From positions 52,764,001 through 52,828,000 of the forward strand of contig CM052817.1 of assembly GCA_028534125.1 (NCBI GenBank): a DNA stretch of 64,000 bases, written 5' to 3'. Positions 51,090 to 64,000 of this stretch are shown here, piece by piece (within the stretch, counting starts at the first letter, position 1; each line of letters opens with the position of its first letter). Source of the stretch: Lama glama (taxonomy: Eukaryota). Below the pieces are notes generated by a model that made no database searches, was not told where the DNA came from, and saw nothing but the letters and a program-made list of their open reading frames with translations. The translations under genes and the position numbers were made by a program.

Positions 51090-51890
51090 AGAAATGGATG
51101 ATTCACGGGAGAAAGCCTGGAAACCACAATGAATCTCAGCAACCTTATTATATGTTGCCACCCCGGAGATTTTTCAGCCACTTTCTTGAAAGCATCAGTA
51201 AATATCAGCAATTGAATTGTGAACCATTGCCGATTTTAGCTGTCTACTGTACCAATGCTATTGATTTCTGAAGATTTGCCTCTGCTGAAGTTTTTCTTAC
51301 AACTTCTTTCATAGAAAAGGGTATCTCCTACTTTTCTTTCTTACAATTCTATTGAGAACTTCTCATAGTAGATTTTAATGCAAGCCATATGGAGAAATGG
51401 ATTCTGAGCAAATCTCCAGTTTCCCATCTGTGATGTATATCATGCTATGCAACATAGTAGGTGCAGAATCACTATACACCCTTGGCTGCATCTAAACCTC
51501 TCAGCACCAATGCTTCTGGTGTTCACAGTACAAACCATCTCTTAACACAACAGAAAACATACTTATGCTCTCTCCTAAAGCAGAGCATATAAATCTCATA
51601 AATTTCTGCATCTATTTGTGGGTGATAATAAATGTTATTCTAGCTTAATTCCTATTATGTTTTGATGCTATAACATAAATCTTGAATTATAGGTTTTACA
51701 TATCCAGGAAGAGGAAAGGGGAAAACTGGCTAATATATGCAAATATGTACATAAAAGTAAGAAAGAAAATATGCCTAGTTTTTCCTTGTGTCTCTTACTG
51801 GTCATGAAGCCTTGGTTACTATTTATAGCTTCCTCCTTCTACTCTTTAATTTTTATTCCCCTTTTTTATTGAGCACCCCAGCTTGAATGC
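51090..51890 (-). mobile_element. Old ERVL LTR (LTR33/41-like) plus adjacent internal fragment
   Basis: gccatatggagaaatggattctgagc at the LTR end; internal cttactggtcatgaagccttggttactatttatagcttcctccttctact. Confidence 0.45.
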
Positions 51891-52619
51891 TATACTTTAT
51901 ATTCAGTTTCATGAAATAATTCACACACTGATAAAAATATATAAACTCAGTAATTTCAAGTCATTTGAGAGAAAATATGTATACAAGGCTCACTTATAAC
52001 ATTCTTGAAAATTATTATAATTTTTAAAATGCATTATATTCAGGAGAGTTCTAATACCTCAACCAATGTCTGTAATATGCATAGCAACTAACTTCAGGAT
52101 AAAGATACTTGCTGTATAAGAAGTGTAGACTTTACTTAGTTAACCAAGTATTCTTATAGTATATTTAGATATAAAAAAATCTAAGCTTTTAAAGAATAAA
52201 ATATGGACACAAGATCATTGATATATTATAGTAAAATGTAGTACAATGTAAGTGCATGAAAGTGCATACCCAGTTAATTGAAATGAAAACCCAACTTTAA
52301 AGAAGAGTGTCATTGGTGTTGTTTCCTCATAGTCTTATGGCATAATACTTGTCAATAATAATAAGACACTGGACATTAATCAGATAAACTCCACTTTATT
52401 ATGTTCCTAATTATTAAATGACCTAATTCTCATTGACATGTAAATAGAAGCTCAGTACCACAAATGAACAGCACTGGATTATTTAAACAAGGTATGTTTT
52501 GAAGTATAGTAATTATATTATAATTTAAAATTTGCAATTTTTTAAAAATATGCTTTCCTTTTGTCTTCCTTTTCTCTTATACTTTTTTCCTTTCTTGCTT
52601 TTCTAAAATGTGCCCCTTA

Positions 52620-52995
52620 GTTTCCAAAATATACAAACAGCTCATATAGCTTAATATAAAAAAAAAATAAAAAAATGGACAGAAGATCTAAATAGACATT
52701 TAATCAAAGAAGACATCCAAATGGCCAACAGGCTCATGAAAAGATGCTCAATATTGCTAATTATTAGAGAAATGCAGATCAAAAGTATAATGAGGTATCG
52801 CCTCACACCACTCAGAGTGGCCATCATCAAAAAGTCTACAAATAATAAATGCTGGAGACAGTGTGGGAAAAGGAACCTTCCTACATTGTTGGTGAGAATG
52901 TAAATTCGTGAAGCCACTATGGAGGACAGTATGGAAGTTCCTTAAAAAACTAAAAATACACTTACCATATGATTCAGCATTCCCTTTTCCTGAAA
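52620..52995 (+). mobile_element. L1 ORF2 C-terminal fragment
   Basis: ORF 52721..52903 [47 protein letters not shown] is the L1 ORF2p C-terminal region. Confidence 0.95.
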
Positions 52996-53244
52996 TCATA
53001 TAATGGGGACTAAGAAGCAAGTTTTTTCCCCTTCCTGCATGTGTGAATTAGTTATGCAGGTTCTCCTTAGATCACAATTTATTATCATTTCATTATGATA
53101 TAGATATCCTCATGCATCTCATTTAATTAATTTTCAGATTAATTAAATATTTTCAGAAATTTTATTAGTTTTAAAATGTGTTAAATTTCAAGAATGGTTT
53201 CCTAGTTTTCATTAAATTTAGGGCCATTAATTATGTTCTTTTCT

Positions 53245-53780
53245 ACAGATGATAAGGTATTTGTTACAAGAATTTGACCTTACGCAGGAGTGGTTGAGCA
53301 GGATCTGTAAGGTTGTAGTCTTCACACCTAATGTTAAAATTGCATGTGCATAGGTCAGGTAGGCAGAGAGGTGAGAAAGAGCAAGAACAAATGGAACTCA
53401 TAAATACAAACTCCACGGGACAGAAGGCAATCCATGTGTTTGTTACTTTTGGACTTGATGGTGTGCTATCCTTTAGAAGCTAGGGTCATTAGTCTTAGAG
53501 CTAAATATACACAGACCTTGCCAGGAGTCAGAGAAGTTGAAGGAGAGTCCAATGGGAGGCAGAGAAGTAGAGGCACAGCCTCTGCCTCTTGCCCACCAGG
53601 TGAGTCCCCAGATCAATGACAGAGTATGAGCTACTAAATGGCTGCAGCTTCACTTCCACCCTTGAAATCTCTCACAGGAGACAATCTCAGGACCCATTCA
53701 AATCAGAGATACACAAGACATGAATGGGGATTCTGGAAAATGCAGTTTAACTTGGGCAAGTTCACATATCGCAGTCACCA
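53245..53780 (-). mobile_element. ERVL solo LTR (LTR41-like)
   Basis: gaatttgaccttacgcagg...ggttgagcaggatctgtaaggttgtagtc...ggggattctggaaaatgcagttt...ggcaagttcacata. Confidence 0.65.
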
Positions 53781-54867
53781 AAATGAGTCAAAGCAAATAC
53801 CTTAACCATGGAGATTTTCACTGTGTGTCACCAATAAAGCAAAGGGATTTTTAGGTGAATTTCAAAAGGATTTTAATAATGATCGATGGTATGAAAATGT
53901 CTTTCATTCATTTCATTTAATATCTTGGAATAATTTGCAGAAGCTAAATAAATAATATTCCATTTTTAATATCTTAGACATTTCAAATTTGGGCAGATTA
54001 TATTGTTCTATGAAGGAATAGAGGTGTAAAGAAATTTAATTACTTGATTAAATAAAGTGCCAAATATTTACCTAACCTGTTGAATATAGAAAAATGGGTA
54101 TTATGATTCCAGGACCAGTGATTTATATTCTAGTAATATATGATCCAGTATTTTAGAAGACAGCTAAATCCAACTCAGAGAAAACTTTTAAATTATAGTT
54201 AATAATAATTCAGATGAAAAGAGGAATTTTCAGGAGGATGGCTTGATAAAAGGAGAAAATGTTCAGATTTTTTAATAGAATGTAAAGATTTTTGAAGAAT
54301 TGGAGTATTCCTCTTCAATATATCATCCATTGTAATACATATCTTAGAAAATTTTATAGACATTGTCAATTCCTCCATGAAGTGTCAGTTGGAAAGGATA
54401 AGTGTTATCTGTATTCAGTATAGATGCTCAAGATGCTGAAGTGTGCTATTTTTTTTTTCCTATGATGGAAATGGAATAAAAGAAGAGGGGATACTTTTTT
54501 AATTATTTCCATTATACCCCACAGTATAAGTGGGTTTGCAGTGCCAGAATATAGAATGACAGAACTTGAAAGATGAAAAATGCCATATTACCATTATTGT
54601 GCTCTACCTTACTTTGACAAAAACAAGTTACTGAGACAGATACCAAATACTGTCATTCAAAATTGAAAGCAAATATTGGATCTACTCACATGTTTGTAGA
54701 AATGGATAGGGAGGATACTGGGTAAGTTTAAACACTCTGTGCTATAATCTTTTCAGCCTTTTGCAAAGCATGTTTTAAGGTAGCCAGTCAAAAAGAATGT
54801 TAGCTATCTTTAAATTTTGTTTCTTACAAAAATTTTGCAACTTCACTCTTGGTATCTTTTTGTAACC

Positions 54868-56232
54868 TTTTTTTTTTTTTCCTAAATAGACTTTATTTTT
54901 TAAGAGCAGTTTTAGGTTACAGTAAAATTGAGAAGAAAGTACACAGTTCCCTTATACCTTTTACCCCAACACACTCATAGCCTCCCCACTGTCAACATCT
55001 CACACTAGGGTGGTATATTTGTTATGACTGATGAATCTACATTGACACACCACTGTCACCCAAAGTCCATAGTTTACATTAGGGTTCATTCTTGGTATTG
55101 TATATTCTATGACTTTCAACAAAATTTTAATGACATGTTATCTCCATGATAGTATCATAGAGAATAGTTTCACTGCCCTAAAAATCTCTTGTGTTCTGCC
55201 TGTTCATTCCTAACCTTTTCCCTAACCGCTGGCAACCAGATCTTACAGAGATAGCACAATTCTATAGTTTTGCCTTTTCTATCATGGTATATAGTTGAAA
55301 TCATATAGAAACTAACTTTTTCATAATGACTTTTTCTCCCTTAGTAATATGCATTTAAGTTTCCTCTATGTCTTCTCATGCCTTGATAGTGCCTTTATTT
55401 TTAGCACTTAATAGTGTTTCACCATCTGACTATACCACCGTTTATTTATCCATTCACCTACTGAAGAGCATCTTGGTTGCCTCAAAATTTTGGCAAATAT
55501 GAATAGAATTGCTAAAAACATTTGCATGCAGGTTTTTTTACGGACGTGAGTTTTCAACTCATTAAGGTAAATATTAAGGAGTGTGATTTCTGGACTTTAT
55601 GGTAAGAATGTGTTTAGTTTTATAAGTAACTGGTAGAATTCTAAAGTACCATTTTGCATTTCCACCAGCAATAAGAGTTTCTGTTGTTCCACATTCTTGC
55701 CCATCATTTGATGTTGTCACTGTTTCAGATCTTGTCCATTTGGAAAAGTGTGTAGTGGCGTCTCATTGTTTTAATTTGCGATTGACATATGTAGTATATT
55801 TTTACATGTTTATTTGCCATATGTATATCTTCTTTTGGTAAGGTATCTGTTCAGGCTCTTGACCTATCTTTTAATCAGGCTCTTCACTTTCTTATTGTCA
55901 AGTTTTAAGAGTTCTTTGTATATTTTGGATAACAGCCCTTTATCACATCTTTGCAAATATTTTCTCCCAGTCTGTGTCTTGCCTTCTCATTCTCTTGACA
56001 GTGTCTTTTGTACAGTAGAAGTCTTAAACTTTAATGGAGGCCAGCTTATTTATTATTTCTTTCATGGATCATGAATTGAATTTTTTTTAAATCATCACTA
56101 TACCCAAGGTCACCTAGATTTTCTCCTGTATTACTTTCTAGGAGATATCTATATATCTATCTATCTACATATGTATATATATTCTAAGTATAAGAGATAA
56201 TTTTTATGAAGAGTGTAAATCTGTGCCTAAAT
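54868..56232 (-). mobile_element. L1MC1/2-like 3' end and late ORF2
   Basis: Poly-T tail, then gagcagttttaggttacagtaaaattgag...cacccaaagtccatagtttacattagggttca...ttttgcatttccaccagcaat. Confidence 0.85.
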
Positions 56233-57790
56233 TCTTTTTTTAATTGAAGTAAGTCAGTTTAAAACATTGTGTCAGTTTTTGGTGTATAGCATAATAGTTC
56301 AGTCACACATACACATATGTATATTCATTTTCATATTCTTTTTCATTAGAGGTTACTACAAGGTATTCAATATAGTTCCATGTCCTATACAGTAGAAATT
56401 TGTTGTTTATCTATTTTGTATATAGTAGTTATATAGTAGTTAGTATCTGCAGATCTCGAACTCCGAATTTATCCCTTCCCACCTCCATCCCCTACTGGTA
56501 ACCGTAGGTTTCTTTCCTATGTCTGTGAGTGTCTGTTTTGTAAATAAGTTCATTCTCTTTTTTTTTTTTTCAGATTACATAAATGAGTGATGTCATCTGG
56601 TAATTTTCCTTTCTCTTTCTGACTTACTTCACTTAGAATGGTGATCTCCAGGTCCATCCATGTTGCTGCAAATGGCATTATTCTATTCTTTTTTATGGCT
56701 GAATAGTATTTCCACAGCTTCTTTATCCAGTCATCTGTTGTTGGACATTTAGGTTGTTTCCATGTCTTGGCTATTGTAAATAGTGCTGCTAAACATTGGG
56801 GTGCATGTATCTTTTTGAGTTAAAGTTTCCCCTAGGAGCAGGGGTTGCTGGATCATAGGGTAAGTCTATTTTTAGGTTTTTTTTTTTTTTTTTTGGCTGC
56901 ACCAAACTATATCCCAACCAATAGTGTAGGAAAGTTCCCTTTTCTCCACACCCTCTCCAGCATTTATCATTTGTGGACTTTTGAATGATGGCCATTCTGA
57001 CTGGTGTGAGGCAGTTTTTATCGTATTTGTAGTTTTAATCTGCATTTCTCTGATAACTAGTGATAGTGAGCATGTTTCCACTTGTTCATTAGCCATTAGT
57101 ATTTTGTCATTGGAGAAATGTTTGTTTATGTTTTCTACCCAGTTTTTGATTGGGTTGTTTGGTTTGTTTGTTGGTTGATTGGTTTTGGGTTTTTTTGTTT
57201 GTTTGTTTTGGTTATTGAGTTGTATCAGCTGTTTATATATCTGGAAATTAAGCCCTTGTCTGTCACATCACTTGCAAATATTTTCTGCCATTTCATTTTA
57301 TTTATGGTTTTGTTTGCTGTGCAAAAGTTTATAAGCTTAATTAGGTCTCGTTTGTTTATTTTTGCTTTTATTTCTATTGCCTCAGTATACTGCCCCAGAA
57401 CATTGTTACAGTTTGTATCAGAGAATGTTTCACCTCTGAAGCCCAAGCTTCAGCACTCAGTCCCTGTCAGCTCTCTGTGCTAACCTCTCTCCATTCTTTC
57501 TGCCACAAAGCAGCTTCTGTGCTCTCCTATGAGCCTCTGAAGCTCGCCTTCTGTCCCAGCTAAACTCCTCGATGGAGAGAGGGTTTCCCAGAGTGAGGAT
57601 GTTTTTCCTTTTTCGCCACTCCCTCCCTGAGGGGCAGGTTTTATCCTGATTTCCTTCTTTTTTCCTCCCACCCAGTTTTGTAATGAATTTCTTGTAGCTT
57701 CACTTGTACAAGATCTTCTGCCAGAGTTCAGTAGATACTTATTTGAGAGGGTGAGCTCCACATCCTCCTATTCTGCCATCTTGAAGCCTT
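56233..57790 (-). mobile_element. Young internally deleted L1: 5'UTR (57434-57790) joined to late ORF2 and 3'UTR (56233-57433)
   Basis: CAAGATGGC at 57783-57775. ORF2 peptides EIKAKINKRDLIKL..FCTA and SLVIREMQIKTT. 3' terminus matches 30567-30652. Confidence 0.85.
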
Positions 57791-57994
57791 TCTTCTCCTT
57801 CATCTTATAAGGATCTCTCCATTCCTTGTGACACTGTCAACATCCTGCCAACTTATTCTAAGGAGTGGAACATAAAACATAAGCAAAATATGTTTACTCA
57901 AGACAAAAAATAAGAAAATAGAAAAGAAGAGACTGATACCTGTTGGTAGACTATTTCGTTTGTAGTATTTTTTCAATTTTCTATGCCCCATAAA

Positions 57995-58175
57995 AGGTAG
58001 TGTGGCTTAGTGGACAGATCACTGGATTCAAAATCAAAGGACCTGAGTTCAATGATTCTACCCTAACAAGGTGCACAATATCAAGCATCAATTTACAATT
58101 ATTGCATTTTGTCTTACCATCAGACTTATTGGGAATACTACTTAAAACAACATAATGGTTGTGGAGTAACTTAAT
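57995..58175 (+). mobile_element. MIR SINE
   Basis: tRNA-derived head gtgtggcttagtggacagatcactggattc...gacctgagttcaat. Confidence 0.6.
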
Positions 58176-59619
58176 CATTTTAGATTTACTTTATCTTTAA
58201 AATGGAGTCAGTCTATTATTTTTGTCCTAAAAGAATGTGTTTTTAAGGTTTTTTTGTTATAAAGGAAAACTAAAAATAATTAATAATTCTCATCGTAAGT
58301 TTTACTACGAAGAAAAATAAAATGTTTTAAATACCAAGTAAAGTTTTAGGATAGGAGTCAGTTCATATGTTGGCAATATGAACTCACCCAGCATTGCCTT
58401 CCAAATCGTTTTTAGTACATCATTGGCTAACGTGTGCTTAGACTAACACTTATTGACCCATCTGTGGCTGGTAGCACTCTGCTCTCTGTTTATGGCTAAT
58501 TGCCTCATCTACTCTCTTTAAAATGACATGGTAAGTTAGAGTAACAGCTCCAAACACTATTATATCATTTGTTTAAGGGACCCTAGACAGATAATTAATA
58601 CAGTGCACCACAGGTCGAAATCTAGAGCTCATAATGAAGACTTAAAATCTATAACTCCACCCAAGGGCACCTCTCAGGAACTCAACTCTGCCCACTCAAG
58701 CAGTTAAAAGGATCACACAGTATTTTACTGCACTACTCTTAATATTTGCACTTGAAGCACAGAAAGCTTCCTGTAACCATACATTCTTATCTTATATTCT
58801 CAAATCTTATATCACTTCACTGTAGCTTGGTTCGTGCATCCATGCCATTTATATATTCTAAGTGAATGTATCAGTGAATACTATTTTAATATATTCCTTT
58901 ATAAATGTTTACTTTTTTAGAAAACATTAATATACTGTATGATTTTAACTTGAATAATAGTAAGATGGAAGAGACTATAATGAAAAAACATCGAACTGTA
59001 TAAATTAAAATAATTTTATCCATCATAGTTAAATTAAGGAATTTCATCTTATAAAAATACTTTTAGCATGGTGTTCAATGCTCAGGGTAAACTCTTAATA
59101 AAAAAGCATTTACTTTTAATCACAATTTCTGATTTAAAAAACAAGTATGAGTTTTAAAAGAATAACAGTGTTCTGATAGAAATGGAATAGGGTCTCAATT
59201 ACTCACTACTCTGTAATAGAGAAATATATCCACACCGTTTGTCATGTAATTTCCACAATGAGTAGCGAATTTTCCCCTGCCCCACTGATGTTGGACTTGC
59301 ATAGTATTCTGTTAATACAGTATAGCTAACAACTATAACTTCCATATTTGGATATTCATCAGAATAGCGTAGCTGCTTCCTGCTGGAAAATCATTCAGTG
59401 ACCACAGAGAAGACTCAGGGCAGAAAATGAGAAATATGTTCAATATATTGTAATTGAGGTGAGGTGTTGTTGGTTTAAAACTGCATCCATCTAGTTGTCA
59501 TCGCACCACTTAGAGTGAAAAGATGAGCCCAGAGGAAGTGAGAGGTAGAAGAGGTGTGAGATACACCCCTCACACAGGGCGATCAGACTGTAATTTGCAC
59601 TAAATACAATAAGTCACAT

Positions 59620-62600
59620 AATCTCCATGGTGTTCTTTTATAGGAAAAAAGTTAGCATAGGAAGATTAATGTCTCCACCTACACTTCACACTGTAGCATC
59701 TGGTCCTAAGGCTGTAATTGATAATTTTATCTTCTCCCTTCTCTCCTATCCATTTTAGATTCCTTATCCTCTTGGCCACATAACTAGTTTTTTATCTTAA
59801 AACATTTTAACCCTTAGTTACTTTATTGTTGTAAGTCTGGGGCTATTGAAGTTATCATTCATGGTAATTACTGGACATGGAAGCACCAAGAAACACCTCA
59901 TTCAATCTCTTCTTTCATTTATGAGTTCTTCTTTCCATTGTGTAACAGCAAACCAATGTACTCCTCATGAAGGTCAATGCCTCCTACAAATATAGTAAAT
60001 TCTTTCTTAAAACGTGTTGTTCCAATCTCATGAGAATATCAAAAAATCAGGGGTAGTTATAGCTTCAGATCAAGTATAATATTAATTATGTCCCTTGATA
60101 GAAGCATTGCTGCCTCCTCTTGCCTTGAGATTTAGGGATTCCTGTCTTGAACCTAAGGCAATGCAAATGGGAAATACAACTTTCACAAACTAGCTGCTGG
60201 GATTGTTGGTAAAAAAAGAAGGTACAATTTTATTGTATGCCCTTAGTTTCAGACTCACCTATTCTAGTTATTCCTCACCACAAATTAGGTTCATTACATT
60301 TGCCACATCTTGGGTGACAGATCCTCAATCTGCATCATCTTGTGCCTCAGCTAACTCTTTATCTGAGAATCAATGAGGCAGTTCTCTCATTCTGTTAGGC
60401 TTGCTACTTCTGGTATATCCTCAGGTCATATACCAATTTTATGCATATTTCACTGTAAAATTAATTCCTTGTTTTGTGTTGATGAAAGATCCTGTCAGTA
60501 AATTAGGATCAGTTTTTTGGTCCTGTCATAGACTGTGCATGCCAATCTTTTCCAACCTGGTTACCTCTAATTACTTGATAATTGCTAGAAATTTATCCTA
60601 AGATCACACCCAAGATCCGTTGCAGAGTTCTCCTTTGCTTTGAGCCCCATTCACAACTGGCTACCATTTAAGTCATCTGATTAATAAAAATGAGCACAGT
60701 TTTCAAGTGTGGTATGTTCTATCTTCGGAATACAAAGAGGTCCATCAAGTGTCATGCCTCTCTTTCATTCTAAAAGTTACAAATTGCAACAATCTGCCTT
60801 AATCTTAGAGAATATGCCCAACATGCTCTAAGTCAATGGACTCCTAAATAGTTTATTTATATGGTATAACCAATATTTCAGTGGGGTTCACCTTATACTT
60901 TTAAAATTCATGAGTCTTACATGCATGTGTCTTACAGGAAGGGTACCTGCTGCTTCCTCCTTACCAGGTACATTTAGTATAACATAATTAATATAGTGAA
61001 CCAGGATGAAGTCTGTGAAATATCAAGAATATCAGGTTCCTTTAGAAATATAATATCCATAAAGCAGTGCAATAGAAAGCTCTGGGAAAAGACAGTTACT
61101 ATACACTGCAGTCTTCCAAACAAAAAACACTTTTGATTTTTTTTCCACTGACAGATATTAAGGAAAAACTGCATTTTTCCAGATCAATAGCTACATACAC
61201 AATTCCAGAAACTATTTTATTTCCATCTTGTGGAATGGCTGGCAATGAAAATACATGGGTAAGTGTATAGTAGTTCTCCGATACCTTCCAATGTCCATTT
61301 GCTTACTTTAGGGACCATCATAGTGCATATCACAGTGATCGCTATCCTGTAATGCTTGTGTATTTGGTGTTAGTGCTAATCTCTATTAAATTTTGTTAAA
61401 AAAAATTAATATTGATACTGTTGTCTGTCTTAGATTGTGTGTAGGGCATTACACTTGGTTCTTCTTACCAAATATCTTCTAGTGTCATCAGCTAATTATA
61501 TCCATTCTAATTATGCATTATGGGACAGGGAAATTAACAGAGTGGGTCAGTAGACCTATTGAAACCAGCTGAGATGCACATGGACCATAATTCTATTTAT
61601 GACTTGGATTCAATACATTTCTCCTCTACATGGAGGACTAAATTATGGTGTATGGAATCCCTTGATGCAATTTTGAGCTCAGAGCCTACCTACTACTAAT
61701 ATCTCTGCATAATCAATGTATTCATTTTTCCTAGTCCTTTGATTAAAGGTGATAAATCCTTTTAGGAAAGGACTGGGGAAATTCTTGTCTTATATATTTG
61801 TCTTACATATTTAGTGTAGCATTTCAGAGTTTTTGCTTAGAAGTATGTGTCTTCTCCTTTACTCTGGATCTAAGATTTGACTTAGATCTGGAAGCTACTA
61901 AGAGAATGTGATTGTAGCAGCTGATGTCAGCACTTTGCTCTCAGCTTTCAATTTTTTATTTCTCTATGAATGCTGAGTCCAGGGTGATGCAAGACTTAAG
62001 AAACAGAGACCAAGTAAAGAGCAAAGATGGGACCAGGGGACTCAAGATCTTGTGGATCCAGACTCCCGAAAGCCTGGTCGACATATTTATTAGGAGTATA
62101 CAGCTCAGAAAAAAATGCAATTGAAGAGGAGAGGCTTTAGATATTCCATGTGATAAGCACTAACTTCTGCTTGCTATTTAACTGATTAATTTCAGGCCTA
62201 TCCCTTCCAGGAACAATCACCCTCCTCAGGGTATGCAACATTTCTAAATCTATCCTGTTATTGCCTCCAGGACACCTTGAGATAGCAAATATTTCCCCTG
62301 GGCTTAACCGCATGCTTTCAGGCCAGAACAAAGTTCTCTTAATGGATGATCTGGCTTTCCAGGACCATCCATTGTTTTACCCTAAGGAAATATCTGCCCT
62401 CCTTCGTGCCCTTATGATCAATCTCAGGATTGCCCACCTCAAATTTTCTGTAGCATAATACGTGTTATAGGTCATCTACTGCGTAAAACATTACAACAAA
62501 GCAAGCATGTGCATTTTAAGCAAGCAAGTGTGAATATAATATTTTAAGCTCATGGAAATTTAGGCGCGGCTTGTTTTCCAGCTGTTCATTTTCCAGCAGC

Positions 62601-63450
62601 TTGTTTTCCAGCAGCTTATTTCCCAGCACATGAATAAGTCAAGAACCAAGCTGGTTAACTCCATAAGTATCTTGACCCTAGTAATACAATGGTCTTTTAG
62701 CATTGTGAGTTATCCCTGTAGGTCAAGTCATCAAGGTTGCTACTCTAACCTTGATGCCCATTAAGGTAACTATATCCACCCTTCTTTGTTAATTGGAACT
62801 CCCAGGACTCTAAAATTTCAGAATCCTATTAATTCCAATGAAACTAAGGAGCACATTTCCATGGTCACATCTCTTACTGTTAACTTTGATTTACAAAGGC
62901 AACCACCACTGAGCTTTTCAAACATGCCAATACACTTCATCTTTTATTCCTTACTGAAGAAAAAAAATTTTTTTTTCCATATTTGTTCTTCTTGCTTTAT
63001 TGAAATGTGTCCTCTAGGTCCTTCTGGGAAACATAGTCAAGTGGTAAATTCTGTTGTCTCCCTAGTAAGTGCATTCTAACCTTAGTCCAGAACTATCCAA
63101 CTCCATACTCTGCTAAGACAAAGTCCAGGCATTTATACCTCCATCAAGCCATCTTTGTTTCCAAGTTTCATGGATCTATTCCTAGAAGCATTTTCTTAGG
63201 TTTCCTTCTCAAGATATTAAACATGATTAATAAGTAAACACCTTCATTTCAATAAATTATTCCCCTGTCAAGCTCTACATTTCACTCTACCTGGCCCAAC
63301 TGATTCAAAATCGATTACAGCATATGTGAGGCACCTACTCACTCTGGCTGAGAACTTTTCAATGTTTCCTCCATGGAGGATAAAGGAGGTGTTCTCACTT
63401 GCCCAAAGGATTAGGAGAAATGTGTGTGTTCGATATTCTTAAGCTTCTCC
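59620..63450 (-). mobile_element. Highly degenerate ERVL internal region (gag-pro-RT-RH-IN remnants)
   Basis: Minus strand ~61200-60970 reads YVAIDLE.(N)AVF..S..NQK...TVFSQ...LVHYINYVIL, matching ERVL RT YAAIDLANAFF / TVLPQG / LVHYIDDIML. A GSEL protease-like motif lies near 61680. Confidence 0.75.
61971..62630 (-). mobile_element. Young solo LTR (660 bp) nested in the ERVL
   Basis: TG...CA termini, perfect 4-bp TSD TGAA (61967-61970 and 62631-62634), minus-strand AATAAA at 62091-62086, CpGs retained. Confidence 0.85.
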
Positions 63451-64000
63451 ACTCAAATATCACTGGAGAGTCTAGGTCCCAAGTGTGCATCCTCTCCCTA
63501 TCAGAGGTCTTGGCAAAGAGAAGCACATCTTAGCTATTATACAGATATTATTATTAGTATTACAGTAATGGCTCTTAAAAGAAAAATAGCAAATGAGCAA
63601 TCTGATAATTCCTAGCCACAGTGGGAAGCATAGAAAATCAACAAAGAAGATGAATATTGCAGTTTCTGTTTTTATTTTCAAATTAATGCTCTTTTAAATT
63701 TGACGTTCAAATCACCTGTTTTAAAGAAGCAGTATAACAAAGCTCATATTCAACTATTTTTTTTTCTTACAATTTGTTCTGAAGTGTTTTGTTTAGCTAG
63801 TGGAATAAACCTAAGAGTCAATTCATATCATACAACTCTCTATTAAAGTGTATCTGATAATTTCTATTTGCTAATCACCTCACTCTTGAATTTTTTCTGT
63901 AATAGTATTGAAATACTAGTTCTGTGAACTTCACATTTTGTTTCCTTTCTTAGCACTTTTAAATACAGTGTTTGGCTAGTAAGTCTAAAACTCCATGCAT

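Noticed and set aside
62569..62629. Short direct repeats considered as a CRISPR-like array
   Set aside because: They are adjacent ~15-bp units without unique spacers, inside a mammalian LTR, with no cas genes.

Overview
This is AT-rich eutherian genomic DNA with one 500-N gap (1225-1724). It carries MIR, L2, L1M, MaLR, ERVL and ERV1 fossils plus young L1 copies whose ends resemble cetartiodactyl L1s. I saw no Alu, B1, Bov-tA, PRE1 or Can-SINE, so a camelid source is my inference. None of the ORF-track entries is a convincing stand-alone gene. The main result is an apparently disabled multi-exon protein-coding gene on the minus strand, spanning roughly 48.7 kb to 0.25 kb and found by reading splice sites by eye in the non-repetitive gaps. 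Two exon chains splice in phase (38258-37823 and 15642-12181). Some exons are fully open while others carry in-frame stops, and there is a candidate Glu/Lys-rich last exon. I do not recognise the protein, which is rich in amphipathic beta-strand-like segments. Other points of interest are an ERV1 that may be circularly permuted (env tail-PPT-LTR-PBS-pol-env) and is interrupted by a MER34-type solo LTR, an RT-less MER21-like ERVL, an L1 whose 5'UTR joins directly to late ORF2 at a splice-like junction, an inverted duplication inside an old L1, and a young solo LTR with a perfect 4-bp TSD. Repeat family names come from recalled consensus resemblance, not a database search, and boundaries of old repeats are approximate.
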